A DNA stretch of 64,000 nt from Candidatus Spongiisociaceae bacterium (GCA_965262915.1 OZ253564.1:4192001-4256000), one strand, 5' to 3'. Positions 31,562 through 41,372 are shown, counted from the stretch's first letter. Notes: generated by a model from the sequence alone, not told the origin. Made by a program: numbers and translations.

Positions 31562-32374
31562 TCACGCCAGGGCGTCCTCCATCAACTCGGCGGTACCGGC
31601 CACGGCCGCCGTGGCGCGGGCGAAGGTCCTGAACGCCTCGGACGCGAGGGGCGCATGGAGATCCACGGCCTCCAGCTGACTGCGCACGGTTCCCGTATCA
31701 CCCCGGGCGATGGGACCGGTGAGAGCGGAGCCTATCCCCAGATCGAAGGCGTTGGCGACCACCTGCTCGACCAGGGGCCGGGCTACCCGGAGATCGACTG
31801 CCGCCTTACTGAACAGAGCTTCGGCCACCGCCAGGGCCGTCAACACGTAGTTGGAGGATGCGGCGGCTGCGGCGTGGTAGAGCGGCTTGACCTCATCCGC
31901 AATGCGGAAAGGCCGGCAACCCAAGGAGCCCGCCAGATCCTTGAGTACTTCTCCCAACCGCTCGCCGGCGGTGATCCCTATGTGAGCGCCTCTGAGCGAA
32001 CGGGACCCGGTGTGCCAATCGGGGAGGGTCTGCAGAGGATGGAAGGAGCCGGTGTCCAGCCCGGCTTCGCGCAAGGGACCCAGCGCCCCGACCGGCGCCA
32101 GACCCGACAGATGGACGGCTCGCGGGACGCCGACCGCTCTCCCTGCGAGCGCCCGTGCGGTGTCGAAGATCACATCGTCGCGGACCGCCACCACGAGGAG
32201 ATCGGCCTCGGGCATGGGGTCACCGATCAGGCGGGCCTCTCGACCGAGATGGCGGGCCACACCCTGGTCGTCCTTCCGCCGGGCGAAGACGCCGACGATG
32301 TCGTGACCCGCAGAGTGGGCCGCGACCGCCAACGATCCACCTGCCCTGCCGGGCCCGACAACGATGATGCGCAC
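31562..32374 (-). CDS. Rossmann-like/DUF2520 oxidoreductase (possible PanG-type ketopantoate reductase)
   Basis: GPGRAG, HLSG, FHPLQT, YHAAA, LTGPIARGD; directly upstream of panC. Confidence 0.85.
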   Translation of the reverse strand: MRIIVVGPGRAGGSLAVAAHSAGHDIVGVFARRKDDQGVARHLGREARLIGDPMPEADLLVVAVRDDVIFDTARALAGRAVGVPRAVHLSGLAPVGALGPLREAGLDTGSFHPLQTLPDWHTGSRSLRGAHIGITAGERLGEVLKDLAGSLGCRPFRIADEVKPLYHAAAAASSNYVLTALAVAEALFSKAAVDLRVARPLVEQVVANAFDLGIGSALTGPIARGDTGTVRSQLEAVDLHAPLASEAFRTFARATAAVAGTAELMEDALA

Positions 32375-32422
32375 TTCTACTCCCGGTTGCGGTCCGTGTA
32401 TCGGTACCGATCCGAGATCAGA

Positions 32423-32953
32423 TTAGGAGAGTCCCGGCCGATCCACCAGCGGCCGAGCCTCGTCTCCCCGCCAGCCGAGTCCCTCGATCCTGCGGAGAGG
32501 CTGGTCAGCCACGCCGGGCAGCAGGTCCGCCACGAGGGTGCCGTCCGGATCACGGATGCCGGGCCAGACCTCCACCAGCGGCTCCAGCACGAAGCGGCGT
32601 TCCCGGTAGCGGGGATGCGGTACCGTGACCGCGGCCGTGCGGATCGACGTGTCGCCGTGAAGTATCAGATCGAGGTCGATCAAGCGCGGACCCCACCGTC
32701 GGCCCCGCACGCGGCCCAGCGCGGTCTCTATCGACAGCAGGCGACCCACCATTGCCTCCGCTCCCAGCGGGGTTTCCACGACCGCTACCGCGTTGTAGAA
32801 CGGATCCTGGGGTACTCCACCCACGGGTTCGGTCTCGTAGAGACGGGACAGGGCAACCAAGTTGCCCAAGCCCTCCAGCCGGACCGCCGCCGAGTAGAGA
32901 TTGGCCAACCGGTCGCCCATGTTGGAACCCAGGGATATGACAGCCGGCGGCAT
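32423..32953 (-). CDS. folK: 2-amino-4-hydroxy-6-hydroxymethyldihydropteridine diphosphokinase
   Basis: SLGSNMGD, YETEPVG, RWGPRLIDLD, VPHPR, RRFVL. Confidence 0.94.
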   Translation of the reverse strand: MPPAVISLGSNMGDRLANLYSAAVRLEGLGNLVALSRLYETEPVGGVPQDPFYNAVAVVETPLGAEAMVGRLLSIETALGRVRGRRWGPRLIDLDLILHGDTSIRTAAVTVPHPRYRERRFVLEPLVEVWPGIRDPDGTLVADLLPGVADQPLRRIEGLGWRGDEARPLVDRPGLS

Positions 32954-32958
32954 GCGGG

Positions 32959-33807
32959 TCAGGTATGAGGGGAATGCCGGACGACCGTCACCGCCACGTC
33001 CTCGAACCCCACCCTGATCGGCGCCTCCGGTTTGTGCACCGTCACCTCCACCCGGATGACCCGCCTGTTCTCGAGAACCAGGTCCGCCACCCGCTCGGCG
33101 ACCGTCTCGATCAGGTTCCACTGCTCGCCCGACACCCGGCGGTGGATCGCCTCCGCCACAAGCCCGTAGTCGAGTGTGTTGGAGAGGTCGTCGGTGCGGG
33201 CCGCCGCCGACACGTCCAGCCGGGCCATCACATCCACGACGAAGGTCTGGCCCTCCGCCCGCTCCTCCTCGGTCACTCCGTGGCGGGCCGGTATGCGAAG
33301 ACCCTTCAACGTGATCGAGTCGACCGGAGCGCGGGCGTAAACCGGACCCGACCCGGGTGGGTCCTCGCCCGCACCTCCGGACAGTAACCGGAGGACCGAA
33401 TGGCGAATCTCGGAAAGGTCAGCGCCGATCTCATCCAAGACCTGAGCGGCGACACCGTCCCCTTCCCGAATCAGGCCCAGCAGGATGTGCTCGGTACCGA
33501 TGTAGTTGTGCCCCAACTGCAGAGCTTCGCGCAAGCTCAACTCCAGTACCTTCTTGGCCCGGGGGGTGAACGGTATGTGCCCGGAGAGGGACTGGTGACC
33601 CTTGCCGGTTTTCTCCAGCACCTGGCTGCGCACCGAATCGAAGCGAATGCCGAGACTCTGGAGACCGCGGGCCGCCACGCCCTCTCCCTCGTGGATCAGG
33701 CCCAACAGGATGTGCTCGGTACCGATGTAGTGGTGGTTGAGCAGCCCGGCCTCTTCCTGTGCCAGCACCACCACCCGGCGGGCGGGGTCGGTGAAACGTT
33801 CAAACAC
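32959..33807 (-). CDS. folB: Fusion: ClpC N-terminal (Clp repeat) domain + dihydroneopterin aldolase
   Basis: Residues 1-145 closely match ClpC of this window; C-half DSITLKGL..HGV..EER..GQ, TLDY, LIET, VHKP is FolB; folB position before folK. Confidence 0.92.
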   Translation of the reverse strand: MFERFTDPARRVVVLAQEEAGLLNHHYIGTEHILLGLIHEGEGVAARGLQSLGIRFDSVRSQVLEKTGKGHQSLSGHIPFTPRAKKVLELSLREALQLGHNYIGTEHILLGLIREGDGVAAQVLDEIGADLSEIRHSVLRLLSGGAGEDPPGSGPVYARAPVDSITLKGLRIPARHGVTEEERAEGQTFVVDVMARLDVSAAARTDDLSNTLDYGLVAEAIHRRVSGEQWNLIETVAERVADLVLENRRVIRVEVTVHKPEAPIRVGFEDVAVTVVRHSPHT

Positions 33808-33858
33808 GGCCGGCCCGACTCTCCGAGCTCAACCGGATCGCACCCGCCGGAGCCGCAT

Positions 33859-34338
33859 TCAACCCCCCGCCGCCGGAATCAGCGCCCGGGCGCGGGGACC
33901 GAGCGGTCTCCCGATGATCTCCTGTATGACCATGGCGGCGATCCGTTGGTCCTTCACCAGGCCCGCGAACACCACGTACCCGGCCAGGATCCCCGCCACC
34001 GCATCGTCCACGAAGTCGCGGTGGACCAGTACCCGGGCGTCCGGGCGGGCCAACGCATCGTGGATGGTGGCGAAGGCCAGGTCGACGGCGGACCGGTCGG
34101 AATCGAGATCGACCGGCGCCACGTGCACCTCAAGGCCCGCCCCCTCGTAGCTGTTGACGTTCTGGGCTCCCGGAAGCAGCGACACCACCGTCGTGAACTC
34201 CTCCTCCACCAGCCAGGCGATCTCCTCCTCGCGGCGCACCCGACGGTGCTGGAATCCCTGACCCCCGATCCGCGCCGAAGTGGCCAGCCGACTCCCGATC
34301 ACCCAGGCAAAATCACGCGGCTTCAGTCCTGTCTTCAT
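33859..34338 (-). CDS. Protein-tyrosine/dual-specificity phosphatase-like protein lacking the catalytic CX5R motif
   Basis: FAWVIGSRLA, FTTVVSL, VLVHRDFVDDAVAGILAGY in the position of VLVHCxxGxxRTG; overlaps the folP end. Confidence 0.6.
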   Translation of the reverse strand: MKTGLKPRDFAWVIGSRLATSARIGGQGFQHRRVRREEEIAWLVEEEFTTVVSLLPGAQNVNSYEGAGLEVHVAPVDLDSDRSAVDLAFATIHDALARPDARVLVHRDFVDDAVAGILAGYVVFAGLVKDQRIAAMVIQEIIGRPLGPRARALIPAAGG

Positions 34339-35185
34339 CACCATCACCCATCTGACGCACCATAGCGTCAGCCAGAGCCAACGCGTCGCGGGTTGTTGCA
34401 ACATCGTGAACTCTCACGATCGAGGCGCCGTTCATGGCACAGATCCCGGACGAGACGGCTGTCACCACGTCCCGCTCCTCGACGGACCGCCCGGTGAGCG
34501 CACCGAGAAAGGCCTTCCGGGAGGTCCCCACCAGGACGGGCACGCCGTCGGCGGCCAGCACCGGCAACCCGTTCAGCAGGGCCAGGTTGTGCGCGATCGT
34601 CTTGCCGAATCCGATGCCGGGATCGATCGCCATCGCCCGCCGGTCGACCCCCGCTGCTTCCCCCGCCTCGATCCTGTGCCGGAGGTATCGGCGGATCTCC
34701 CCGACCACGTCGTCATAGGTGGGATCCTTCTGCATGGTGCGCGGGTTGCCGCGCATGTGCATCAGGACGACGCCTACCCTCGACGAGGCACACACCTCGG
34801 CCATTCCCTCGGCTTCGAAGGCGGTCACGTCGTTGACCACCACCGCTCCCGCCGCGACGGCCTCCGCCGCCACCTTCGGCTTCGAGGTGTTGATCGATAC
34901 CCGGACGTCGCGGGCGGCCAAGCGTTCCACCACGCCCACGACCCGCCGCAACTCCTCCGCCTCCTCCACCTCATCGGCGCCGGGCCGGGTGGACTCACCG
35001 CCCACATCCACCAGATGGGCGCCCTGGTCCCGGAGGCGGAGACCGTGGGCGACGGCGCGGTCCTCGTGGAGGAAGCGCCCCCCGTCCGAAAAGGAATCGG
35101 GCGTGGCATTGACCACCCCCATCACCAGCGTGCCCTCGTTGGGATCGAGGACCGCCCCCCGAACGTGCCATGTCGGTCGTTTCAA
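34313..35185 (-). CDS. folP: Dihydropteroate synthase
   Basis: [44 protein letters not shown]; TTG start overlapping the folE stop. Confidence 0.95.
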   Translation of the reverse strand: MKRPTWHVRGAVLDPNEGTLVMGVVNATPDSFSDGGRFLHEDRAVAHGLRLRDQGAHLVDVGGESTRPGADEVEEAEELRRVVGVVERLAARDVRVSINTSKPKVAAEAVAAGAVVVNDVTAFEAEGMAEVCASSRVGVVLMHMRGNPRTMQKDPTYDDVVGEIRRYLRHRIEAGEAAGVDRRAMAIDPGIGFGKTIAHNLALLNGLPVLAADGVPVLVGTSRKAFLGALTGRSVEERDVVTAVSSGICAMNGASIVRVHDVATTRDALALADAMVRQMGDGDEDRTEAA

Positions 35186-35763
35186 GCGCAGACCCGGTTG
35201 ATAAGCGCGAGAGCTTCGGCCCGCGTGGCGGGGTTGCTGCGGAACTGGCCCCTGACCGCCGAGGTCTGGGTCACCGTGCCTGGTTTGCCGACACCACGCA
35301 TCTCCATGCAGAGATGCCGGGCCTCCACCACGACGAGCGCGCCCCGGGGCTCCAGCACCTCCATGAGCGAATCCGCCACCTGGGTGGTGAACCGTTCCTG
35401 CATCTGCGGTCGGCGGGCGAACCCCTCCACCAGGCGGGCCAGTTTGGAGAGACCCGTGACCTTCCCGTCCGGGACGTACGCCACATGGGCCTTGCCATGG
35501 AAGGGTAAAAAGTGGTGCTCGCACATCGAATAGAAGGGAATGTCACGCACCAGCACCATCTCCTGATGGCCATCGGCCACGAACACCCGGTACAGATCCT
35601 CTCGCGGATCACGGTGCATTCCCTCGAATACCTCGGCAAACATGCGGGCGACGCGGGCGGGCGTATCGATCAGACCCTCCCGGCCGGGGTCCTCGCCGAT
35701 CGCCTTGAGTATCTGACGCATGGCGTCTTCGATCGCCTGCTGATCGATCACCCAGCCCGACAT
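35182..35763 (-). CDS. folE: GTP cyclohydrolase I
   Basis: [36 protein letters not shown]. Confidence 0.96.
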   Translation of the reverse strand: MSGWVIDQQAIEDAMRQILKAIGEDPGREGLIDTPARVARMFAEVFEGMHRDPREDLYRVFVADGHQEMVLVRDIPFYSMCEHHFLPFHGKAHVAYVPDGKVTGLSKLARLVEGFARRPQMQERFTTQVADSLMEVLEPRGALVVVEARHLCMEMRGVGKPGTVTQTSAVRGQFRSNPATRAEALALINRVCA

Positions 35764-35769
35764 GGGTTC

Positions 35770-35935
35770 TAGTGGTCCGTCTGTGAGACGGAGGCGTGGC
35801 ATGCGCCGCCGACGGGGTACCGCGCCAGGCCCGCCGACGATGGCGTACCCGCAGCATACGTCGAGGAGGCGGAACGCAGCGAAGGGCGTCGCCGGCGTGC
35901 AGGGCATGGTGTGTTGTCTTCCAGGCAGACCACTA
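35770..35935. mobile_element. MITE family A, copy 3 (both ends intact, TA flanks within CTAG)
   Basis: CTAGTGGTCCGTCTG ... CAGGCAGACCACTAG. Confidence 0.85.
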
Positions 35936-36008
35936 GAGGGTGCGCGCATGGGCGGACGCGGCCGCCCCTATCCATAAGAGGGTGCGCGGGTAGGTGCTCA
36001 CCCTCTTA
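35936..36008. mobile_element. Fragments of MITE family B ends
   Basis: GAGGGTGCGCGCATGGGCGGACGCGGCCGCCCC matches the left end and GAGGGTGCGCGGGTAGGTGCTCACC the reverse-complemented right end of 11094..11237. Confidence 0.7.
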
Positions 36009-37937
36009 GCCGGAGACCGTGGAGTCCGCTGCCCGAGCCGCCGCCACCCCCTCGGCCAGGGCCGGACCGCTCACCAGGGGAGCCTGGATCCGGGGACCGG
36101 CACCCTCGACCGTCTCCCACTTGGGAACGTCATGGAGAACGGCGGTGATATCCTCCGCTCGCAGGGTCTCCATCTCGAGGAGCCGATCCGCCAGCCGGTG
36201 CAGGGCATCGATGTGGGTGGTGAGAATCCGGTTCGCCTCGTCATGCGCCTGGCCCAGCAAGGCCCGCACCTCGTCGTCGATGGCTGCCGCCACCTCGTCG
36301 GAGTAGTCCTGCTGGCTGGAGTAATCGCGCCCGAGAAACACCTCCCCATGGTTCTTCCCGAACTTCATCGGGCCCAGGTTGTCGCTCATCCCGTATTCCA
36401 TGACCATGCGGCGGGCCTGCTCGGTGGCCTTCTCGATGTCGTTGGACGCGCCGGTGGTCGGATCGCAGAAGATCAGATCCTCGGCGGCCCGGCCGCCCAT
36501 GAGCATGGCGAGTTGGTCGGTCAGCTCCGAGCGCCGCATGTAGTTGCGGTCCTCCGTCGGGAGAGCGAGCGTGTAGCCCCCTGCGCGACCCCGCGGGATG
36601 ATGGTGACCTTGTGGATCGGATCGGCGTTGGGCAGCGCGAACCCCACGAGGGCGTGACCCCCCTCGTGGTACGCGGTGATCTTCCTCTCCCGATCGGTCA
36701 TGACCCGGCTCTTGCGCTCCGGGCCGGCGATCACCCGATCGATCGCCTCCTCCAACTCGGCGGGTCCCACGCTGGCCCTGTCGCGGCGGGCGGCCAGCAG
36801 GGCGGCCTCGTTGATCAGGTTGGCCAGGTCGGCGCCGGTGAAGCCGGGGGTCTGGCGGGCGATCGTCTCCATGTCAACGTCGTCGGATATGGGCTTGCCC
36901 TTGGCATGCACGCCGAGGATGGCCCGCCGTCCCCTGAGATCGGGGCGGTCGACCACGATCTGGCGGTCGAAGCGTCCCGGCCGGAGCAGGGCAGGATCGA
37001 GGATGTCGGGCCGGTTGGTACCGGCGATGACGATCACCCCGCTCGCCACGTCGAACCCGTCCAACTCGACCAGCAGCTGGTTGAGGGTCTGTTCCCGCTC
37101 GTCGTGACCGCCCCCCAGACCGGCCCCGCGATGCCGTCCCACGGCGTCGATCTCATCGATGAAGATGATGGCCGGCGCCGCCGACTTGGCCTGGCTGAAC
37201 AGGTCACGTACGCGGCTGGCGCCCACCCCCACGAACATCTCCACGAAGTCGGAGCCGGAGATCGAGAAGAAGGGCACCTCGGCCTCACCGGACACCGCCC
37301 TCGCCAGGAGCGTCTTGCCGGTGCCTGGGGAACCGTACAGGAGGACTCCCTTGGGGATCTTGGCCCCCATCGCCCTGAACTTCTGGGGAGCCTCGAGGAA
37401 GTCCTTGATCTCACTGAGCTCCTCGATAGCCTCCTCGAGCCCGGCCACGTCCTCGAAGGTCACCTTGGGCTGGTCCTTGGTCACCTGCTTGGCCTTGGCC
37501 TTGCCGAACTGCATTATCCGGCTTCCCCCGCTCTGCATCTGCATGATCACGAAGATCATGAAGCCGAAGATGAGCAGCCACGGCAGTATGCCGAGTATCA
37601 GGTCCCAGAACCCGGGGGGCTCGGGATCGATGACCACCTTGACCTCGTTGGCCAGCAGTATCTCGGTGAGGGTTCCCTCGTACTCCGCCGGGTACAGGAC
37701 ACGGAAGTCGCCGGGGACCTCCGGCGAGGCAGCCCCGGGCTCGAGGGTCCCTTCTATGGCGTTGGACCGCTCGAGGATGGTCACCTCGGCCACCGCGCCG
37801 CTCTTCACCACCGCATCGAACACGGTCAGGTCGATTTCCTCGACCCGCGCGGCCCCGTTCAAGAGACGCTGCCCCATCAATACGAGCGCCATGACCACGA
37901 GACCGTATACGAAGATGGTGCGGGTGGTCCTACTCAC
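36006..37937 (-). CDS. ftsH: ATP-dependent zinc metalloprotease FtsH
   Basis: Two TM helices, [26 protein letters not shown]. Confidence 0.97.
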   Translation of the reverse strand: MSRTTRTIFVYGLVVMALVLMGQRLLNGAARVEEIDLTVFDAVVKSGAVAEVTILERSNAIEGTLEPGAASPEVPGDFRVLYPAEYEGTLTEILLANEVKVVIDPEPPGFWDLILGILPWLLIFGFMIFVIMQMQSGGSRIMQFGKAKAKQVTKDQPKVTFEDVAGLEEAIEELSEIKDFLEAPQKFRAMGAKIPKGVLLYGSPGTGKTLLARAVSGEAEVPFFSISGSDFVEMFVGVGASRVRDLFSQAKSAAPAIIFIDEIDAVGRHRGAGLGGGHDEREQTLNQLLVELDGFDVASGVIVIAGTNRPDILDPALLRPGRFDRQIVVDRPDLRGRRAILGVHAKGKPISDDVDMETIARQTPGFTGADLANLINEAALLAARRDRASVGPAELEEAIDRVIAGPERKSRVMTDRERKITAYHEGGHALVGFALPNADPIHKVTIIPRGRAGGYTLALPTEDRNYMRRSELTDQLAMLMGGRAAEDLIFCDPTTGASNDIEKATEQARRMVMEYGMSDNLGPMKFGKNHGEVFLGRDYSSQQDYSDEVAAAIDDEVRALLGQAHDEANRILTTHIDALHRLADRLLEMETLRAEDITAVLHDVPKWETVEGAGPRIQAPLVSGPALAEGVAAARAADSTVSG

Positions 37938-38145
37938 TGTCTTTCTTCCCCATGCTGTTGCCCTGCTAAGCCCTGGTGGTTGGCGAGACCCGGCTTTGTG
38001 CTCGTACGAGGGGGTTCTGTCCGGCCCATCCTAAGAGACTGGCGGGAATATCATGCTAAAACCTCACCACCGGCGGGGGAAGCTCGAAACAGGTGGACCA
38101 TCTTCCACCGGAGCGCCCCGGAGGCGAACCTCGGTTGACCGAGTT

Positions 38146-38186
38146 CTCCGACTATCCATGCAACCTCCGACTATCCATGCAACCTC
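38146..38186. repeat. 19-bp perfect tandem duplication CTCCGACTATCCATGCAAC
   Basis: 38146-38164 and 38165-38183, followed by CTC. Confidence 0.9.
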
Positions 38187-38247
38187 TCGTGCGGACCTCT
38201 CCCGATTATGCCCTACCGCGCCCGCCGCTCCAAGAGGTTCGTCCCAG

Positions 38248-38345
38248 GAGGGTGGTGCAAGACCCCTTCACGGCCCGTCGGTCGATGACACAACGTCTGT
38301 TGAGAAGAAGACGGGCGTTGCTCCCCACCGTCTTACAGCACACTC
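38248..38345. mobile_element. MITE family C copy
   Basis: TIRs GAGGGTGGTGCAAGAC / GTCTTACAGCACACTC; aligns along its length with 51667..51766. Confidence 0.75.
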
Positions 38346-38349
38346 CTCG

Positions 38350-38445
38350 GAGGGTACTGAGAAACCCCCGTTGGCCCGACGGTCGATGACAGGATGCCGG
38401 GTCAGCGAACGACAGGCCGACTACTTACCCTTCTTGAGCACCCTC
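38350..38445. mobile_element. MITE family C copy overlapping the hpt 3' end
   Basis: GAGGGTACTGAGAAACCCCC..CGGTCGATGACA..TTCTTGAGCACCCTC; homologue of the 11047..11292 outer element. Confidence 0.75.
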
Positions 38446-38973
38446 CTCCAGGGAGTGCTGTTCGAGCACCCCGATGTAGGGGAGGTTCCGGTACAGCTGG
38501 TCGAAGTCGAGTCCGTAACCGACCACGAACTCGGGACCGATCGTGAAGCCGACGTAGCGGGCTTCCACAGGTACCCGTTGCATGCCTTCCTTGAGCAGGA
38601 GGGTGGCCAACTCGATCGAGGCCGGCTTGCGCAATCTCAAGGTCTTGAGCAGGTAGTCGAGGGTGAGGCCCGAATCGACGATGTCCTCCACCAGCAGAAC
38701 GTGCCGCCCCGCGATCTCCTCGTCCAGATCCTTGAGGATACGAACCACCCCCGAGGTCTTGGCAGCCGATCCGTACGACGACACCGCCATGAAGTCGAAC
38801 TCGACCGGGACCCTTATGTGCCGGGCCAGGTCGGCCATCACCATGAAGGCCCCCCGGAGAATGCCCACCAGGAGCAAGGCCTGGCCTTCGTAGTCCCGGG
38901 TGATCTCCTCGCCCAGCTCGCGCAGCCGCGCGGCGATCTCCTCCTCGCTGATCAGCACCCTACCGGCTTCCAC
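38425..38973 (-). CDS. hpt: Hypoxanthine phosphoribosyltransferase
   Basis: VSSYG, LLVEDIVDSGLTL, FVVGYGLD; GTG start with GGAG RBS. Confidence 0.96.
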   Translation of the reverse strand: MEAGRVLISEEEIAARLRELGEEITRDYEGQALLLVGILRGAFMVMADLARHIRVPVEFDFMAVSSYGSAAKTSGVVRILKDLDEEIAGRHVLLVEDIVDSGLTLDYLLKTLRLRKPASIELATLLLKEGMQRVPVEARYVGFTIGPEFVVGYGLDFDQLYRNLPYIGVLEQHSLEEGAQEG

Positions 38974-40265
38974 GTCTCCTCCCGGGTCGCAGACACCAGA
39001 ACGTAGCCCATCGTACCGCCGGTCACCCAACCCACGTAGGCTCTCCGTACGCCGGGAATCCAGGTCGCCCGGCCATCCACCTCCAGAACCGGCCAGTTGT
39101 CCCGGTCGCGCTGCGGGATCCCGGCCTCCGCCATGGCGTCCGAGGCCCGCTTGCGCCCCCGGCGCATGGCGAGGCGATCATCGGGCGCCACTCTCCTGAC
39201 AACCGCCTCCCGCCCCCCGAACACAGCGAGGTCGAACACCTGACACCACGCGGAGAACGGGTACGCATCGGGCCGGCCTGCGCATTCCCGGGCCTTCCAG
39301 GTCCATGTTCCCCAACGGAGAGGCCTCTTGATGTCCCACAGAAGGCCGGGAGCCTCTGGCTGCCGTGACCCGGCGCCGATCCGTACGTGGGCGCCGATCC
39401 GTGCTACGGGGTGTCCTCCGGTGACAAGCGTCGGCGCCCCCCCGTCCGCTACTGCCAGGACCCGCTCGACGTCCCGCCTCGTGCCCGGGTAACCGCTGCC
39501 CACCACCCGCAAGGCCCGGCGCGCCACCCGACCGGCTACCGCCCGGGGCAGGGTCCGGAGCACGGCGGCGGGAACCCGCACCGAACCCTCGCTCTTCTCG
39601 ACCCTCACCTCGGCGCCCAGCGCGTCGAGGAAGCCGACATCGGTCTCCACCAGGCGGGCCAGATCCGCCAGCCGCACACCGATACCGGGAGCGAGGGCGC
39701 CTTCCCAGAGAGCCAGCGCACGGCGGATCCGGACCCGGCGGAAGGAATCGTCGTCGTTGGCCGGATCATCTACGAACGGAAGCCGCAACAGGGTGGCCAA
39801 CTCCCGTGTCTCGTCACGGGTCACGTCCAGCATCGGGCGGATCAGAGCATTCCGATAACGCCGGATCCCCCTCAGCCCGTCGAGGCCGGCGCCCCATACC
39901 AGGTTGCCGAGCACCGTCTCCGCCTGGTCGGTCTGCGTGTGGCCAGTGACGATCCGCTCCCCGGTCCGCACCTGTTCCTCGAGCGCCCGGTAGCGTGCCG
40001 CCCGAGCCACCGCTTCGGCCGAACCCGGGCCGGAGGTATCCACCCGTACGCGCTCCAGATCCATGTCGAGCCGGCCTGCCACCGCGATCGCGGCGGCCTC
40101 CATGCGATCCGAACCGGGCCAGCCGTGATGGACATGAACCGCCCTGGCCTCCCGCCCGTACTGCCGGACGGCCCAGGCCAGAACGGCGCTGTCCGCTCCC
40201 CCGCTCAGCGCCACTACCAGGGGGCATCCCGTGTTTTCCAGGGAGTGCCCCACCCTGGCGACCAC
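38952..40265 (-). CDS. tilS: tRNA(Ile)-lysidine synthetase
   Basis: ALSGGADS PP-loop, HVHHG, GHTQTDQAET, RPML, DPAN; start uncertain. Confidence 0.92.
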   Translation of the reverse strand: MVARVGHSLENTGCPLVVALSGGADSAVLAWAVRQYGREARAVHVHHGWPGSDRMEAAAIAVAGRLDMDLERVRVDTSGPGSAEAVARAARYRALEEQVRTGERIVTGHTQTDQAETVLGNLVWGAGLDGLRGIRRYRNALIRPMLDVTRDETRELATLLRLPFVDDPANDDDSFRRVRIRRALALWEGALAPGIGVRLADLARLVETDVGFLDALGAEVRVEKSEGSVRVPAAVLRTLPRAVAGRVARRALRVVGSGYPGTRRDVERVLAVADGGAPTLVTGGHPVARIGAHVRIGAGSRQPEAPGLLWDIKRPLRWGTWTWKARECAGRPDAYPFSAWCQVFDLAVFGGREAVVRRVAPDDRLAMRRGRKRASDAMAEAGIPQRDRDNWPVLEVDGRATWIPGVRRAYVGWVTGGTMGYVLVSATREETWKPVGC

Positions 40266-40282
40266 CGTCGACCCGAGCCGGT

Positions 40283-41320
40283 TCAGCCTACGCGAGCCAG
40301 CCACGATTCGGGGGCCTTGATCTCCTGGCGGGTAGGCAAGGTATCGGGCGACTCCCATGCCCGGTCGACCGCCGACCAACCGGCCCGCTCCGCCACATGG
40401 AGGATGAAGTCCCTGCCCTCCTCATACTGGCGCATCTTCATCTCCAAGCCGGTGAGCCTCAACAGCGCCGCCACCCGCGGGTTGTCGCGGCGCCGTGCGA
40501 CCAGGGAGGACATCCGCCGCCAGGTGACCAGATGCCGGGCCCCGATCCGATCCATCACCACATGGCCGTGGCCCTCCAGCAAGGACATCAGTGCTTGGAC
40601 CTTGTCGAGTTGCCGACGCTCGGCCGGAGTGGCCACCAGGCCGGGGAGCCCGGCCTCGTCCAGCCGGAACCGACCCTCCGCGCCGGCCCGCCGGATCTCC
40701 GACACCACGACCGACAGCCGCGATTCATCGGTCTTGGAGAGGGACACGAGAGTCGTGGCCAGATCGAGGAAGTATTCCCCGAGCCACGGCACGCCGACGA
40801 ACTGAAACCGGTGGGTTGCCTCGTGAAGCGCCACCCAGAACCGGAACTCGGCCGGACGGAACTGGTGCTTGCGCTCGAACTCCAGAATGTTGGGCGCCGG
40901 CAGGCAGATCTCGTCGCCGCCCTCAGCCGAGGGAAGGACCAGCTCGTACTGACCGAGCACCCGGCGGGACAGCACCCCCAGCAGAGCGCCCATCTCGATG
41001 GCCATCATCCGTCGCGAGAGACTGCCGTCGACGCCTGCCTCCACCAACCGTCCTTCCACCTCCTCCTCGACCGGTCTCATCAACGTCGAGAAGAAGGCCA
41101 GGTTCCGCTCCACCCATGCGATGCGATCGATGACCGCCACCGACGGGTCACCATCCCCGGAGAGCCCGGTCTCCTCCTCCACCAGGGCACAGGCCCGGTG
41201 GACCAGTCCGGGCGCCATCTCCTCGAGAGCACGCCGGTGGTAGCTCTCCGCCGGAGGGTAGGAACCGGCCAGCCGGGCGGCGACACGGACCGCCAGCTCC
41301 AAATGCAACCCTTCGGTCAT
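40283..41320 (-). CDS. Zinc-dependent metalloprotease (zincin-like, actinobacterial family found upstream of tilS)
   Basis: RVLGQY, LHEATH, MSLLEGHG, KMRQYEEG. Confidence 0.85.
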   Translation of the reverse strand: MTEGLHLELAVRVAARLAGSYPPAESYHRRALEEMAPGLVHRACALVEEETGLSGDGDPSVAVIDRIAWVERNLAFFSTLMRPVEEEVEGRLVEAGVDGSLSRRMMAIEMGALLGVLSRRVLGQYELVLPSAEGGDEICLPAPNILEFERKHQFRPAEFRFWVALHEATHRFQFVGVPWLGEYFLDLATTLVSLSKTDESRLSVVVSEIRRAGAEGRFRLDEAGLPGLVATPAERRQLDKVQALMSLLEGHGHVVMDRIGARHLVTWRRMSSLVARRRDNPRVAALLRLTGLEMKMRQYEEGRDFILHVAERAGWSAVDRAWESPDTLPTRQEIKAPESWLARVG

Positions 41321-41372
41321 ATGGCGACCCCGATAGCCAACCGGAACCGATGGTGACCCGGTCTCGCGGACC

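Noticed and set aside
32959-33807. ClpN-FolB as a pure assembly chimera
   Set aside because: The N-domain copy carries many scattered substitutions and a distinct linker relative to clpC and stays in frame; read mapping is still advised.
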